Made by a program: the position numbers and the translations under genes
Notes under the pieces: model-generated
The model's input: only the letters and a program-made list of their open reading frames with translations
The model's database searches: none
What the model was told of the DNA's origin: nothing
Source: an uncultured Anaerolineaceae bacterium
GTDB taxonomy: Bacteria; Chloroflexota; Limnocylindria; Limnocylindrales; CSP1-4
Direction: 5' to 3'
Assembly (NCBI GenBank): GCA_964393345.1
Contig: CAYMTJ010000003.1
Location: 23,318-87,317 of the forward strand
DNA: 64,000 nucleotides
In this document: positions 9,380-20,341 of the stretch, in pieces
Layout of the letters: each line of letters begins with the position of its first letter
How positions within the stretch are numbered: position 1 is the first letter of the stretch

Positions 9380-11314
9380 ATGACCGACACCGCCCGCTCC
9401 ACCGTGCCCGCCGGCGCCGCGATCCGCGAGGACCTGCGCAACGTCGCGATCGTCGCGCACGTGGACCACGGCAAGACCACCCTCGTCGACGCGATGCTCC
9501 GCCAGACCGGGACGTTCCGGGCCAACCAGGCGGTGGTTGACCGCGTCCTCGACTCGGGCGACCTCGAGCGCGAGAAGGGCATCACGATCCTCGCCAAGCA
9601 GACGACCGTCGATCACGGCGGCTTCCGGCTCAACATCGTCGATACGCCCGGCCACGCCGACTTCGGTGGCGAAGTGGAGCGTTCGCTCCTGATGGTCGAC
9701 TCGGTGCTGCTGCTCGTGGACGCCGCCGAAGGGCCCTTGCCGCAGACCCGCTACGTGCTGCAGAAGGCGATGGCCCGGCACCTCCCGGTCGTGGTGGCGA
9801 TCAACAAGATCGATCGCGGCGACGCCCGCCCGGCGACCGTCCTTGACGCTGTCTACGAGCTGTTCCTGGACCTCGGTGCGGACGACCACCAGATCGAGTT
9901 CCCGATCGTCTACACGAACGCCAAGATCGGCACGGCGACGCGGGATCTGGCCGTGCCGGGCACGGATCTGCGGCCGCTCCTGGACCTGCTGGTGGAGGTC
10001 ACCCCGCCGCCGACCTACACGCCGGACCATCCCCTCCAGCTGCTCGTGACCAACCTCTCGTCCAACGAGTACGTCGGCCGGATGGCGGTCGGACGGATCT
10101 GGAACGGGCGCATCCGGACGGGGCAGCGCATCACGGTGGTCCGCGAGGAGGCGGACGACACCGCCGGGACGGTGGAACCGGGTCGGACGGTCACGCTGAG
10201 CGGCACGGTCACGAGCCTCCAGACGGCGCATGGGATCGAGCGCGTCGATATCGAGGAGGCGGGACCGGGCGACATCGTCAGCGTGGCCGGCCTGCCGGAG
10301 GTCACGATCGGCGACACCATCACCGACCCCGCCGACCCGCGACCGATGCCCCGGCTGGACGTCGACGCGCCGACGCTGCGGATGACCTTCGGGGTGAACA
10401 CCTCACCCCTCGCCGGGCGGGAAGGCAAGTATGTCACCAGCCGGCAGATCAAGACCCGCCTCGAGAAGGAAGTCCTCGGCAACGTCTCGATCGAGGTTCG
10501 CCCGGGAACGTCGTCCGAGGCCTTCGAGGTCCGCGGTCGTGGCGAGCTCCAGCTCGCGGTGCTGATCGAGCAGATGCGCCGCGAGGGGTTCGAGCTGACG
10601 GCCTCGCGACCCGAGGTCCTCCTGCGCGAGGTGGACGGGGATGTCCAGGAGCCCTACGAGCGGATCACGATCGACATCCCGCCCGAGTACATCGGCGAGA
10701 TCCAGAGCGCGATGGCCGGCCGCAAGGGCCGCCTCGACCAGATGTCCACCGACACGGACGGTCGCGTCCGGATGGAGTTCGTGTTGCCCGTCCGCGGGCT
10801 CATCGGGTACCGCGGGCAGCTCCTGACGGAGACCCGAGGCACGGCGCTTCTGCACCAGATCGGCGAGGGCTACGGGCTGTGGGCGGGCGAGGTGACGCAC
10901 CGCACGAACGGGGTCCTCGTGAGCGACCGTGCCGGGACCTCGAACGCCTATGGGCTGTTCAACCTCGAGCAGCGGGCCGAGCTGTTCATCGGGGCCGGCG
11001 TCGAGGTCTACGAGGGCATGATCGTGGGCGAGAACAGCCGGTCGGGGGACATGGACGTCAACCCGACGAAGGAGAAGAAGCTCACCAATATCCGGACTCA
11101 CAGTCATGACGAGTCGCTGCGGCTGACGCCACCCCGCCCGCTGACGCTCGAGACGGCCCTGGAGTTCATCGCCGCCGACGAGCTCGTCGAGGTGACGCCC
11201 GCCTCGATCCGGCTTCGCAAGCGGGCCCTCGCCCAGCATGAACGACGCCGGGAGATGGGTCGTGCGGACGATCTGCGGCGCGCCGCCGAGCGCGAGGCGG
11301 ACGGCTCCGGCTGA
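9380..11314 (+). CDS. typA: Translational GTPase TypA/BipA
   Basis: ORF 9308..11314; start at ATG 9380 (MTDTARS). G1 [16 protein letters not shown]3 [13 protein letters not shown]; EF-G-like domains II-V. Confidence 0.9.
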   Translation: MTDTARSTVPAGAAIREDLRNVAIVAHVDHGKTTLVDAMLRQTGTFRANQAVVDRVLDSGDLEREKGITILAKQTTVDHGGFRLNIVDTPGHADFGGEVERSLLMVDSVLLLVDAAEGPLPQTRYVLQKAMARHLPVVVAINKIDRGDARPATVLDAVYELFLDLGADDHQIEFPIVYTNAKIGTATRDLAVPGTDLRPLLDLLVEVTPPPTYTPDHPLQLLVTNLSSNEYVGRMAVGRIWNGRIRTGQRITVVREEADDTAGTVEPGRTVTLSGTVTSLQTAHGIERVDIEEAGPGDIVSVAGLPEVTIGDTITDPADPRPMPRLDVDAPTLRMTFGVNTSPLAGREGKYVTSRQIKTRLEKEVLGNVSIEVRPGTSSEAFEVRGRGELQLAVLIEQMRREGFELTASRPEVLLREVDGDVQEPYERITIDIPPEYIGEIQSAMAGRKGRLDQMSTDTDGRVRMEFVLPVRGLIGYRGQLLTETRGTALLHQIGEGYGLWAGEVTHRTNGVLVSDRAGTSNAYGLFNLEQRAELFIGAGVEVYEGMIVGENSRSGDMDVNPTKEKKLTNIRTHSHDESLRLTPPRPLTLETALEFIAADELVEVTPASIRLRKRALAQHERRREMGRADDLRRAAEREADGSG

Positions 11315-11382
11315 CCACCGTCCCGTCGAGCGAGCCCGCGCGAGGAGCCCATTGCGTCGGACGCCGGCAGGCCTGTACCGTC

Positions 11383-12668
11383 CGATGGTGCCTCGCCGCC
11401 CCCGGACCCTGACCGGTTCGCGTCTGCTGGTCGCGCTCGTCGTCGCGCTCACCGCGCTCGCGACCGAGCCCCCGATGCCGGCCGACGCGGCCTCCGAACG
11501 CCTCCCGGACCTGCGAGCGGCGCGCATCCGGGACCTGCGCATCGAGCGCCTCGGTGACCGACGGGTCCTGCGGTTCACCGGGATCATGTGGAACAAGGGC
11601 AAGGGACCGTTCGAGATCCGGGCGAAGCGCGCGACGCGGAAGGCTCCATGGGACGTGGATCAGATCGTCTACGACTCGGCCGGCCGCACCCGCCGGGTCC
11701 AGACCGACGCGAGGATGCGCTACGCGGACGACGGCCACGACCACTGGCACGTCCGCCGCATGCTCACGTATCACCTGTGGGGCGCGAACGGGACGACGAG
11801 CGACGGCAAGATCGGGTTCTGCTTCTTCGATACGAACCTGGTGGACGGATCGCTGCCGCGGTCTCCGTCCCGCAAGGTCTACACGGAGTCGATGTGTGGC
11901 CGACGGGACTCCCTGCGAACTCGCAACGGGATCTCGGTCGGGTGGGGAGACCGATACGCCTGGGACTTCGCGTACCAGTGGATCGACATCACCGGGCTCG
12001 AGGGCGGGACGTACATGCTCCGCGCCGCCGTCGACCTCTACGGCTCCTTCGTCGAGCGTTCCGACTCGAACAACTGCGCCTGGTCGCGGATCCGGTTCGG
12101 CGACAGCGGGACGAAGGTGAAGGTCCTCGCGAGCGGGTTCGGGTGCATCGATGACCACTCCGCCTCGCCATATGCCGACGACGTGGCCTGGGCGATGGAA
12201 CAGGGGGTCAGCGCCGGCTGCGATGCCGATATGTTCTGCACGAACGAGCCGCTGACGAGGGCACGCCTCGCGGCTTTCCTGGCCCGCGCCTACGACCTGC
12301 CGCCCGCCACCGAGGACTGGTTCCGCGACGACGAGGGCACCGCGAACGAGGCGAGCATCGACCGCGTCGCCGAAGCGGGCCTGATGACCGGGTGCGGCAC
12401 CACGACGTTCTGTCCCAAGAAGCGCGCCACCCGGGAGCAGGTGGCGAGGGCGATCGCGGTCGCGATGTCACTGCCGCCCGCCACGACCGACCACTTCGAT
12501 GACGACGATGGTCGTCCGCTCGAAGCCGACATCGATCGGGTCGCCGAGGCCGGGGTCATGGCGGCGTGCGGCGAGCGGCGCTTCTGTCCCACGGGCTCGG
12601 TGTCGCGCGGGCAACTGGTCCGGTACCTTCGGCTGTCGCTCGAACCGCCCGATGTGCCGGACCCATAA
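11383..12668 (+). CDS. Secreted lysyl-oxidase-like catalytic domain protein with three C-terminal SLH-like repeats
   Basis: Start at ATG 11383 (MVPRRPRTLTGSRLLVALVVALTALA, signal peptide). Blocks align to the LOX catalytic core: HDHWHV (Cu His triad), KIGFCFFDT (LTQ Lys region), WGDRYAWDFAYQWIDITGLEGGTYML (LTQ Tyr region), ERSDSNNCAW. Then three ~50-aa repeats (F-DD-G...IDRVAEAG-M--CG---FCP---TR-Q) resembling S-layer homology domains. Confidence 0.75.
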
Positions 12669-12696
12669 GGTTCGTCGGTCATGTAGGGTGGAGACC

Positions 12697-13869
12697 ATGC
12701 ACGAACAACATCGCCGCCCCCGTCGACTTCGATCGCTCGTCGCGGTCCTGGCCGCCCTGGTCGTCGCCGCGCTCACGCCGCTCGCGTCGGCCGGCGCGGA
12801 ACCCTGGGTCATCACGACCCCCAAGGTCCTCGGCGGCCTGTCTGCGCCGACCCAGGTCACGAACGCCGGCGACGGGACGAACCGGCTGTTCGTCGTCGAG
12901 GCACGCGGCACGATCCGGGTCGTCGAGAACGGGGCCCTCAAGGCCGGGTACTTCATGGACATCCGCTCCAAGGTCCAGGACGGCGGCGAACAGGGCCTCC
13001 TCGGCGTGGCGTTCGATCCGGACTTCCGATCCAACCGACGGCTGTTCGTCTACTACACGCGCAACGGCGGCGACATCGTGATCGCCCGCTACAAGACCAA
13101 CGCGTCGCGGACGAACGTCGATGAGAGCACCGGTAAGCCCCTGATGCTGATCGAGCACAGCGCGGCGAGCAACCACAACGGCGGCGGCATCGCGTTCGGG
13201 CCGGACGGGCTCCTGTACCTCGCGACTGGGGATGGCGGCGGCTCGGGCGACCCGGGCAACGACGCGCAGCGGAAGGATTCGCTCCTCGGCAAGATCCTGC
13301 GGATCAACACCGATGGCACGGGCAAGGGGCCGTGGGACCGCTACTCGGTCCCGAAGTCGAACCCCTACGCGGGTCCGACGAAGGGTCGCGCCGAGATCTG
13401 GGCGCGCGGTCTGCGGAACCCGTGGCGCATCTCGTTCGACCGTGACACCGGCGCCCTGTTCATCGCGGACGTCGGGCAGGAGCGGTACGAGGAGATCAAC
13501 CGGCAGCCCGCCGGCGCGGGCGGCCGCAACTACGGCTGGAACGCGATGGAAGGCAAGCACTGCTACAAGCCGTCCAAGTGTCCCAAGTCCGGCGATACGC
13601 TGCCGGTGGCGGAGTACACGCACAGCGGCGGGAATTGCTCCATCACCGGTGGCTACGTGTACCGCGGGTCCACGCAGGCCGATCTCGTCGGGCAATACGT
13701 CTTCGCCGACTTCTGCAGTGGCCGGATCTGGACCATGCCACACAACGGCTCGGCGATCACGCTGCGCCGGGACACGTCCGAGAACATCTCCTCGTTCGGC
13801 GAGAGCGAGAACGGCGAGCTGTACATGGTCACGTTCGGAGGCAGTCTCCACCGCATCCTGGCGTCCTGA
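12697..13869 (+). CDS. PQQ-dependent sugar (glucose/sorbosone) dehydrogenase family protein (GSDH beta-propeller), secreted
   Basis: Start ATG 12697 (MHEQHRRPRRLRSLVAVLAALVVAALTPLASA, signal peptide). Blocks GLLGVAFDPDF, HNGGGIAFGPDGLLYLATGDGG, EIWARGLRNPWRISFD, GRNYGWN typical of the PF07995 family. Confidence 0.75.
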   Translation: MHEQHRRPRRLRSLVAVLAALVVAALTPLASAGAEPWVITTPKVLGGLSAPTQVTNAGDGTNRLFVVEARGTIRVVENGALKAGYFMDIRSKVQDGGEQGLLGVAFDPDFRSNRRLFVYYTRNGGDIVIARYKTNASRTNVDESTGKPLMLIEHSAASNHNGGGIAFGPDGLLYLATGDGGGSGDPGNDAQRKDSLLGKILRINTDGTGKGPWDRYSVPKSNPYAGPTKGRAEIWARGLRNPWRISFDRDTGALFIADVGQERYEEINRQPAGAGGRNYGWNAMEGKHCYKPSKCPKSGDTLPVAEYTHSGGNCSITGGYVYRGSTQADLVGQYVFADFCSGRIWTMPHNGSAITLRRDTSENISSFGESENGELYMVTFGGSLHRILAS

Positions 13870-13888
13870 CCGACCCTCTTGCGCCCGG

Positions 13889-13911
13889 CCCGGACGGGTG
13901 TACCGTCCGGG
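13889..13911 (+). terminator. GC-rich hairpin (9-bp stem CCCGGACGG / CCGTCCGGG, 5-nt loop) 20 bp after the GSDH stop
   Basis: Perfect inverted repeat read from the sequence; no U-tract, which is common in high-GC genomes. Confidence 0.35.
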
Positions 13912-13963
13912 GTGCCGGGATCCGGCCGTCGCTGCCGCCTCCCGTGATGGACGGAGGTCGGAC

Positions 13964-14677
13964 ATGCGTCGGATCGTCTTCGCCCCGGTCCTGCTGGCCG
14001 GATCGGCTGTGCTGGCGCTCGCCGCGCCGGTGGCCGCGTTCCCCCTGACGACGTGCACGCTGGCCCTCGCGTCAACGGACGCATCCGGCGCGCCACTCGA
14101 CACGGCCACGTCAGGCGCGGCCGACGCGACCCGGGCGGATCCATTCCAGGTGGACTGGGAGGGCATGGTCTCCTACCAGGGCACCACCGGCGTCGTCATC
14201 AAGGACTACACGTACCAGATCAGCGTCTTCGGGGTCCCCACCCCGCTCCAGGGCGGTGGGACCAACGATGACGAGAACACGGACGGCGAGGGGAGCGTCG
14301 GGGTCGCCGCCAACTCGCCGTTCCGGGCGGCCGGCCTGTATCACGTCACCGGAACGTACAGCGGCGCGGGTGGCACCTGTTCCGGGAGCGGCTGGTTCCT
14401 GCTGACCGGGTCACCGATCGGCACGGTCCCGTGGATCGCCGGCGTCGCGCTCACCGTCATCGGCGCGCTCGGCCTGGCGCGCGGCCTCGGCGGCCATCTG
14501 CTGTCGTCGATCGCCGGCGGGTTCGTCGGTGGCCTCGGCCTGGACTTGCTGCTGATCAGCCACGCGGTCCTGCCGCTCGGTGAGATCACGCCGCTGGTCG
14601 TGCTGCTCGCCGTCCTCACGCTCGGGGTGATCGTGGGGGCGGCACGCCGGGGGGGTGCCGGACCCGCGGGCGCCTGA
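13964..14677 (+). CDS. Hypothetical secreted/membrane protein (signal peptide, ~150-aa extracytoplasmic domain with 2 Cys, C-terminal Gly-rich TM helices)
   Basis: ATG 13964 preceded by GGAGG RBS. MRRIVFAPVLLAGSAVLALAAPVAA signal peptide; C-terminal hydrophobic helices; no recognisable family. Confidence 0.55.
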   Translation: MRRIVFAPVLLAGSAVLALAAPVAAFPLTTCTLALASTDASGAPLDTATSGAADATRADPFQVDWEGMVSYQGTTGVVIKDYTYQISVFGVPTPLQGGGTNDDENTDGEGSVGVAANSPFRAAGLYHVTGTYSGAGGTCSGSGWFLLTGSPIGTVPWIAGVALTVIGALGLARGLGGHLLSSIAGGFVGGLGLDLLLISHAVLPLGEITPLVVLLAVLTLGVIVGAARRGGAGPAGA

Positions 14678-14717
14678 TCCGGGGTCGCCCGTTCGTGGCC
14701 GGTGTACGATCGGTCAC

Positions 14718-15902
14718 ATGCCGATCTACCTGGACCACGCGGCGACGACCCCGCTTCGCCCCGAGGTCCTCGAGGCGATGCTGCCGTACCTGGCGGAGGC
14801 GTTCGGGAACCCGAGCTCCGCGCACTCGTTCGGGCGGGCCGCCCGGGCGGCCCTCGACGAGGCGCACGAGCGGGTCGCCCGACGCCTGAACGCGCAGGCG
14901 AGGGAGGTCGTCTTCACCTCGGGCGGCACCGAGGCCAGCAACCTCGCGATCAAGGGGGCCGCGTGGGCGGGCAAGGCTCGCGGCCATCGGATCGTGACGT
15001 CCGCCGTCGAGCATCACGCGGTCGGGCACACGCTGCGCTACCTGGAGAAGTTCGGGTTCGAGATCGTCGAGGTGCCGGTCGACCGGTATGGGCGGGTCGA
15101 CCCGGACCAGCTGGACGCGGCGATCACGGACCGGACGATCCTCGTCTCGATCATGCTCGCCAACAACGAGGTCGGGACGATCCAGCCGATCACGGAGATC
15201 GCCGCCCGGGTCCGGACCCATCGCGACGTGCTGTTCCACGTGGACGCCGTCCAGGCCGCGCCGTACATCGACATCGATGCCGAGGCGCTGGGCGCGCATC
15301 TCATCTCGTTCGGTGCCCACAAGTTCGAGGGGCCCAAGGGGGTCGGGGCGCTGTACATGCGCCACGGGACGCACATCCTCGCCCAGCAGCACGGCGGGTC
15401 GCAGGAGCGCTACCGGCGGGCCGGGACCGAGAACGTGGCGGGCGCGGTCGGTCTCGCGACGGCGTACGACCTCGCCTGCGCGGAGCGGTCCGCCACCGTG
15501 GCGCGTCTCAAGCGGCTCCGTGAGCGCCTGGCGAAGGCCGTCCTGGCCGTGCCGGGCACGGAGCTGACCGGCCACCCGCGCGAGCGGCTGCCGGGCCTGT
15601 TCTCGATGATCGCCCGCGAGACGGACGGCGCTGCCGTCGCGCTGTCCCTCGACCTCGAGGGGATCGCCTGTTCGGTGGGGAGCGCCTGTACCACAGGCTC
15701 GACCGAGGTCAGCCACGTCCTGACGGCGATGGGGTATCCCGAGGAGGAGGCACGCGGGGCGCTCCGGCTGTCGCTCGGGCGGACGACCACGGAGGCCGAG
15801 GTCGCGACGGCGGTCGAGATCGTGCCGCGGGTCGTCGCCTCGATGCGGGTGGGGGCGGCGGCGGTCTCGGCCGATCCGCTCGGCCAGGGCGTGCCGGCAT
15901 GA
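14718..15902 (+). CDS. iscS: Cysteine desulfurase (IscS/NifS family, PLP-dependent)
   Basis: [17 protein letters not shown]; the PLP lysine region [17 protein letters not shown]; catalytic Cys loop [10 protein letters not shown]. Confidence 0.85.
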   Translation: MPIYLDHAATTPLRPEVLEAMLPYLAEAFGNPSSAHSFGRAARAALDEAHERVARRLNAQAREVVFTSGGTEASNLAIKGAAWAGKARGHRIVTSAVEHHAVGHTLRYLEKFGFEIVEVPVDRYGRVDPDQLDAAITDRTILVSIMLANNEVGTIQPITEIAARVRTHRDVLFHVDAVQAAPYIDIDAEALGAHLISFGAHKFEGPKGVGALYMRHGTHILAQQHGGSQERYRRAGTENVAGAVGLATAYDLACAERSATVARLKRLRERLAKAVLAVPGTELTGHPRERLPGLFSMIARETDGAAVALSLDLEGIACSVGSACTTGSTEVSHVLTAMGYPEEEARGALRLSLGRTTTEAEVATAVEIVPRVVASMRVGAAAVSADPLGQGVPA

Positions 15903-16996
15903 GCCGGGTCCTCGTCGCGATGTCCGGTGGCGTCGACAGTTCCGTGGCTGCGGCGCTCATGCGCGATGCCGGTCACGAGGTCGTGGGGGTCTGGATGCGG
16001 CTCCACGATGTGGCGGACACCTACTCGGAGGTCAAGAAGAGCTGCTGCTCGCTCGACGCCGCCGACGACGCCCGCCGGGTCGCCGCGCAGCTCGGGATCC
16101 CGTTCTACGTCATGAACCTCGAGCGGGAGTTCGACGCCGGGGTCCTGCAGCCATTCCTCGACGCCTACCTGGACGGCCGCACGCCCAGTCCGTGCGTGGA
16201 CTGCAACACGTACGTGAAGTTCGGGGCGCTCCTGGGCCGCGCGCGGCACCTCTACGAGTGTGACGCGGTCGCGACCGGGCACTACGCCCGGCGCGACGTG
16301 GGGCCCGACGGGCGTGCCCGGCTTCGGCGCGCCGTCGACGAGGGCAAGGATCAGACCTACTTCCTGTATGGCCTGCGCCAGGACCAGCTCGAGCACGCGC
16401 GCTTCCCGCTGGGCGAGCTGACGAAGCCGGAGGTGCGAGCCGTGGCCCGGGACCTGGGCCTCGTCACCGCCGACAAGCCCGAAAGCCAGGAGATCTGCTT
16501 CGTGCCGGGTGGTGACTACCGGACCGCGCTCCAGGACCGGGCGGGCTGGCAGCCGGAGCCGGGGCCGCTGCTGGACCGCGACGGCGAGCAGGTCGGCGAG
16601 CACCGCGGTTCGGCTGGCTACACCGTCGGGCAGCGTCAGGGGCTCGGCGTCGCGCTCGGTGCTCCCCGCTACGTCTCGCGCATCGACCCGCTGACCAACA
16701 CGATCCAGCTGGGTCGTCGCGAGGACCTCGAGACGCGGATCGTGGAGATCGAGCGTGGGACGTTCGTGGCCGGCGATGCTCCGGGCGGCTCGTTCCGTGC
16801 CGAGGTCCGCATCCGCCACCGCGGCGCGCCGATCCCCGCGACGGTCGAGGCGCTCGGGGACCGCTGCTGGACCATCACCACGGACACGCCCGTGTGGGCA
16901 GCGGCGCCCGGGCAGGCGGCCGTGCTCTACGAGGGGGACCGCGTGCTCGGGGGCGGTCGGATCCGCCGGCCGGTGGCCCTCGCGGCCTCGGCATGA
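15899..16996 (+). CDS. mnmA: tRNA-specific 2-thiouridylase MnmA
   Basis: PP-loop [13 protein letters not shown]; CxxC; ATGA overlap with the iscS stop. 365 aa. Confidence 0.9.
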   Translation: MSRVLVAMSGGVDSSVAAALMRDAGHEVVGVWMRLHDVADTYSEVKKSCCSLDAADDARRVAAQLGIPFYVMNLEREFDAGVLQPFLDAYLDGRTPSPCVDCNTYVKFGALLGRARHLYECDAVATGHYARRDVGPDGRARLRRAVDEGKDQTYFLYGLRQDQLEHARFPLGELTKPEVRAVARDLGLVTADKPESQEICFVPGGDYRTALQDRAGWQPEPGPLLDRDGEQVGEHRGSAGYTVGQRQGLGVALGAPRYVSRIDPLTNTIQLGRREDLETRIVEIERGTFVAGDAPGGSFRAEVRIRHRGAPIPATVEALGDRCWTITTDTPVWAAAPGQAAVLYEGDRVLGGGRIRRPVALAASA

Positions 16997-17271
16997 GCGT
17001 CGATCCGGGCATCGTTTTGGGCGTCCTCACCGGGGTCTTCAACGCCGCCCTGTTCGTCGTGATCCGCGGCTCCGCGGGTGGCCGGCTCCCGCTGCTGCTC
17101 GGCGCATCGATCGTCGGTGCGTGGGCGGGGGATACGCTCGGTGATCGGCTGGGGTTCCACGCGTTCTCGATCGGCGACTTCCGCCTGGTCGCGGCGACCG
17201 TCGGAGCGTGGATCGGCATCGCCTTCATGAGCGTCCTCGCGGTCCTCGGGCCGACCCGGCCGCGCGTCTGA
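16993..17271 (+). CDS. Small hypothetical membrane protein (about 3 TM)
   Basis: ATG 16993 overlaps the mnmA stop (ATGA); hydrophobic 92-aa product. Supported only by translational coupling and hydropathy. Confidence 0.4.
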   Translation: MSVDPGIVLGVLTGVFNAALFVVIRGSAGGRLPLLLGASIVGAWAGDTLGDRLGFHAFSIGDFRLVAATVGAWIGIAFMSVLAVLGPTRPRV

Positions 17272-17471
17272 TGCGTCCCTCCAGGCGTGACGAGGACACC
17301 GCGAAGTTCCTGCGCGGGATGACGATCGGCGCCCTCATCGGCGCGGTCATCGCGGGTTCCTCGCTGTGGTCGCGACGCCGAGCTCGGCCCGCCGGCGACG
17401 GACCGGATCCGATCGACCCTCGGCCCTCCGGCCGGCCGGGCCGCGACACCGAGCCGCCGATCGACCGCTGA
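17271..17471 (+). CDS. Small hypothetical protein with one TM helix
   Basis: ATG 17271 overlaps the preceding stop by 1 nt; FLRGMTIGALIGAVIAGSSLW helix then Pro/Arg-rich tail. Weak support. Confidence 0.3.
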   Translation: MRPSRRDEDTAKFLRGMTIGALIGAVIAGSSLWSRRRARPAGDGPDPIDPRPSGRPGRDTEPPIDR

Positions 17472-17580
17472 CCCGACCCAGACCGGCCGCCGCGGTCGTG
17501 CCTGGCCACGCCCCTCCATCTGGCGATGCCCGTGCCACCCGCTCGTGTGGGCAAGGCGGCGTTCGGTACCATTGCGGCCG

Positions 17581-20325
17581 ATGTCGAACCCCAGTCCCCT
17601 GGACCCACCGATCGCGGCGCTGCCCGCTGCGGAGATCCGCCGACGCTTCGTCGCCTTCTTCGAAGCGCGCGGTCACACCGCGGTCCCGAGTGCGAGCCTC
17701 GTCCCCGCGGGCGACCAGACGCTGCTGTTCACGAACTCCGGCATGGTCCAGTTCAAGGAGGTCTTCACCGGCGCGGAGACGCGGTCGTACACGCGCGCCG
17801 TCGACTACCAGCGCTGCCTCCGTGTCGCCGGCAAGCACAACGACTTCGAGGAGGTCGGGCGGACGCCGCGGCATCACACGCTGTTCGAGATGCTCGGCAA
17901 CTGGAGCTTCGGCGACTACTTCAAGCGCGAGGCGATCCACTGGGCGTGGGAGTTCCTGACCGTCGATCTCGGCATCCCGGCGGATCGGCTGGCGGCGACC
18001 ACCTACCGCGACGACGAGGTCTCCCGCGCGGTCTGGCGCGACGAGATCGGTCTTCCGCCGGAGCGGATGGCCGCCTGGGGCGACGTGGACGCGGGCGATG
18101 ACAAGAACTTCTGGCGGATGGCGGACACCGGTCCGTGCGGGCCGTGCAGCGAGATCCACGTCGACCGCGGCGCGCACCTGTCCGAGGGACCCGAGTGCAT
18201 CCCGGACCACTCCGAGACCTGCCCGCGCTGGCTCGAGATCTGGAACCTGGTCTTCATGGAGTTCGACCAGCGGCCGGACGGACGCGTGCCGCTCCCGTTC
18301 CCGAGCGTCGACACCGGCCTCGGGCTCGAGCGCCTGGCCAGCGTCCTCCAGGACGTGCCGACGAACTACGACACGGACCTCTTCACGCCGATCCACGCCC
18401 GCATGCGCGAGCTCCTCGGGCACGACCCCGACGCGTTCGAGACGGAGCGCTTCAGCTACCAGGTGATCGCGGATCACTCGCGGGCCGTGACGTTCCTCAT
18501 CGCGGACGAGGTGCTGCCGTCCAACGAGGGTCGCGGCTACGTGCTCCGGCGGATCCTGCGCCGGGCCGTCCGCCACGGGCGGCTCCTGGGTCGGACGGCG
18601 CCGTTCATGGCCGAGACGGCCGCCGTCGTGATCGATTCGATGGGGACGGCCTACCCGCACCTGGTCGAGCGACGGGACGAGATCCTGGGCACGATCGAGC
18701 GCGAGGAGGCCCAGTTCGCCCGGACGCTCGACGCGGGCTCGCGACTGCTCGACGCGGCGATCGCCCCGATCGCAACGGAGAGGCGCGTCGTCGGCCGCCG
18801 ACCGGAGGACCTACCGGACGGTGCGCCACTGCTCGACGGGGAGACCGCGTTCAAGCTGCACGACACATTCGGGTTCCCGATCGACCTGACCATCGAGCTG
18901 GCGGCCGAATCCGGTGTCGGGGTCGACCGTCCCGGGTTCGACGCGGCGCTCGATCGACAGCGACAGCGATCGCGCTCGGGTCGCAAGGCCGAACTGGCGA
19001 GGCACGCGGAGTCCTCGACGCTCTACCAGGACATCCAGGCCCGTGGCGGCGACACGGCCTTCCTCGGCTACGAGACGACGACGGTCGAGGCGCGCGCCCT
19101 CGCGATCCTCCGCGACGGCACCTCGTTCGACGAGCTGACCGGTCACGGCGAAGCGGAGATCGTCCTGGATCGGACGCCGTTCTACGCCGAGGGGGGCGGC
19201 CAGATCGGCGACCGCGGCACGATCCGGGAGCCGGGTGGCGGCAGCGAGCTGTTCGACGTGGCCGATACGCAGCGCCCCGTCGGGGGCCTGATCGTCCATC
19301 GCGGGACGCTGCGTGGCCGTCTCAGCGTCGGTGCGACCGTAGAGGCGGTCGTCGACGCGGGTCGCCGCGCCGACACCATGCGCAACCACACGGGGACCCA
19401 TCTGCTGCATCGGGCCCTCCGCAACGTCGTCGGCGAGCGCGCCCGTCAGGCGGGATCCCTGGTGACCCCGGACGGTCTCCGCTTCGACTTCCCGTTCGAC
19501 CGCGGCCTGACCGCGTCCGAGATCGAGGCGATCGAGGACGAGGTGCGCGCCGTGGTCCGTGACGACCGCCCGGTCACGATCGCCTTCATGCCGATGGCCG
19601 AGGCCATCGAGCGCGGCGCGGACGCGTTCTTCGACGAGAAGTACGGCGAGACCGTCCGCACGATCCGGGTGGCGGACTACAGCTTCGAGCTGTGCGGCGG
19701 GACCCATTGCCGTGCGAGCGGCCAGATCGGCGGGTTCGCGATCACGAGCGAGCGGAGCATCGGCTCGGGGACGCGCCGCATCGAGGCGGTGACCGGCGTC
19801 GCGGCGGACCGCCTCGCCCGTGAGCGCGCCCAGGCCCTCGACCGGGTCGCCGCGGCGGTCGGAGCCCCGAACGTGGAGGCGATCGAGGACCGCATCGTCG
19901 CGATCCAGGAGGAACTGCGCGAAACGCGGCGCCGACTCAGGGCGGGCGCCGGCGCCTCGGTCCCGAAGCCGGCCGACCTCGCCGCTCGCGCCGAGGAGGT
20001 GGCGCCCGGCGTCCACGTCCTGGTCGCCAGTGCCCCGTTCGACTCGCTGGACGCGCTCAAGGCGTCAGCCAAGGCGGTTCGAGGGGAGCTGCCATCGGGG
20101 GTGATCGCCATGATCCTCGAGGCCGACGCGCCGCACCTGTTCGTGACCGTGTCCGACGACCTCGTCGAGCGGGGGGTCTCGGCCGGGGACCTCGTACGGG
20201 TCGCGGCCGGACCGCTCGGGGCGAAGGGCGGCGGCCGCCCGGAGATGGCTCAGGCATCGGGCACGAACCGGGCCGGGATCGGCGAGGCGCTCGCGGCGAT
20301 CCGGGCGGCCGTCGGGCCGGCCTGA
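17581..20325 (+). CDS. alaS: Alanine--tRNA ligase
   Basis: ORF 17545..20325; ATG 17581 (MSNPSPLD). FTNSGMVQFK, catalytic and editing domains (HTGTHLLH, C-terminal DHHA1-like). About 915 aa. Confidence 0.9.
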   Translation: MSNPSPLDPPIAALPAAEIRRRFVAFFEARGHTAVPSASLVPAGDQTLLFTNSGMVQFKEVFTGAETRSYTRAVDYQRCLRVAGKHNDFEEVGRTPRHHTLFEMLGNWSFGDYFKREAIHWAWEFLTVDLGIPADRLAATTYRDDEVSRAVWRDEIGLPPERMAAWGDVDAGDDKNFWRMADTGPCGPCSEIHVDRGAHLSEGPECIPDHSETCPRWLEIWNLVFMEFDQRPDGRVPLPFPSVDTGLGLERLASVLQDVPTNYDTDLFTPIHARMRELLGHDPDAFETERFSYQVIADHSRAVTFLIADEVLPSNEGRGYVLRRILRRAVRHGRLLGRTAPFMAETAAVVIDSMGTAYPHLVERRDEILGTIEREEAQFARTLDAGSRLLDAAIAPIATERRVVGRRPEDLPDGAPLLDGETAFKLHDTFGFPIDLTIELAAESGVGVDRPGFDAALDRQRQRSRSGRKAELARHAESSTLYQDIQARGGDTAFLGYETTTVEARALAILRDGTSFDELTGHGEAEIVLDRTPFYAEGGGQIGDRGTIREPGGGSELFDVADTQRPVGGLIVHRGTLRGRLSVGATVEAVVDAGRRADTMRNHTGTHLLHRALRNVVGERARQAGSLVTPDGLRFDFPFDRGLTASEIEAIEDEVRAVVRDDRPVTIAFMPMAEAIERGADAFFDEKYGETVRTIRVADYSFELCGGTHCRASGQIGGFAITSERSIGSGTRRIEAVTGVAADRLARERAQALDRVAAAVGAPNVEAIEDRIVAIQEELRETRRRLRAGAGASVPKPADLAARAEEVAPGVHVLVASAPFDSLDALKASAKAVRGELPSGVIAMILEADAPHLFVTVSDDLVERGVSAGDLVRVAAGPLGAKGGGRPEMAQASGTNRAGIGEALAAIRAAVGPA

Positions 20326-20341
20326 TGTCGAACGGCTGACG

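Noticed and set aside
8719-9540. + strand 273-aa ORF overlapping the MobA-like gene
   Set aside because: The product is an Arg-rich repetitive frame with no motifs. The minus-strand frame carries an NTP_transf_3-like N-terminus and a sensible divergent arrangement with typA.
17472-17580. Possible T-box or leader upstream of alaS
   Set aside because: The 109-bp spacer shows no specifier/T-box consensus (AGGGUGGNACCGCG-like) readable by eye.
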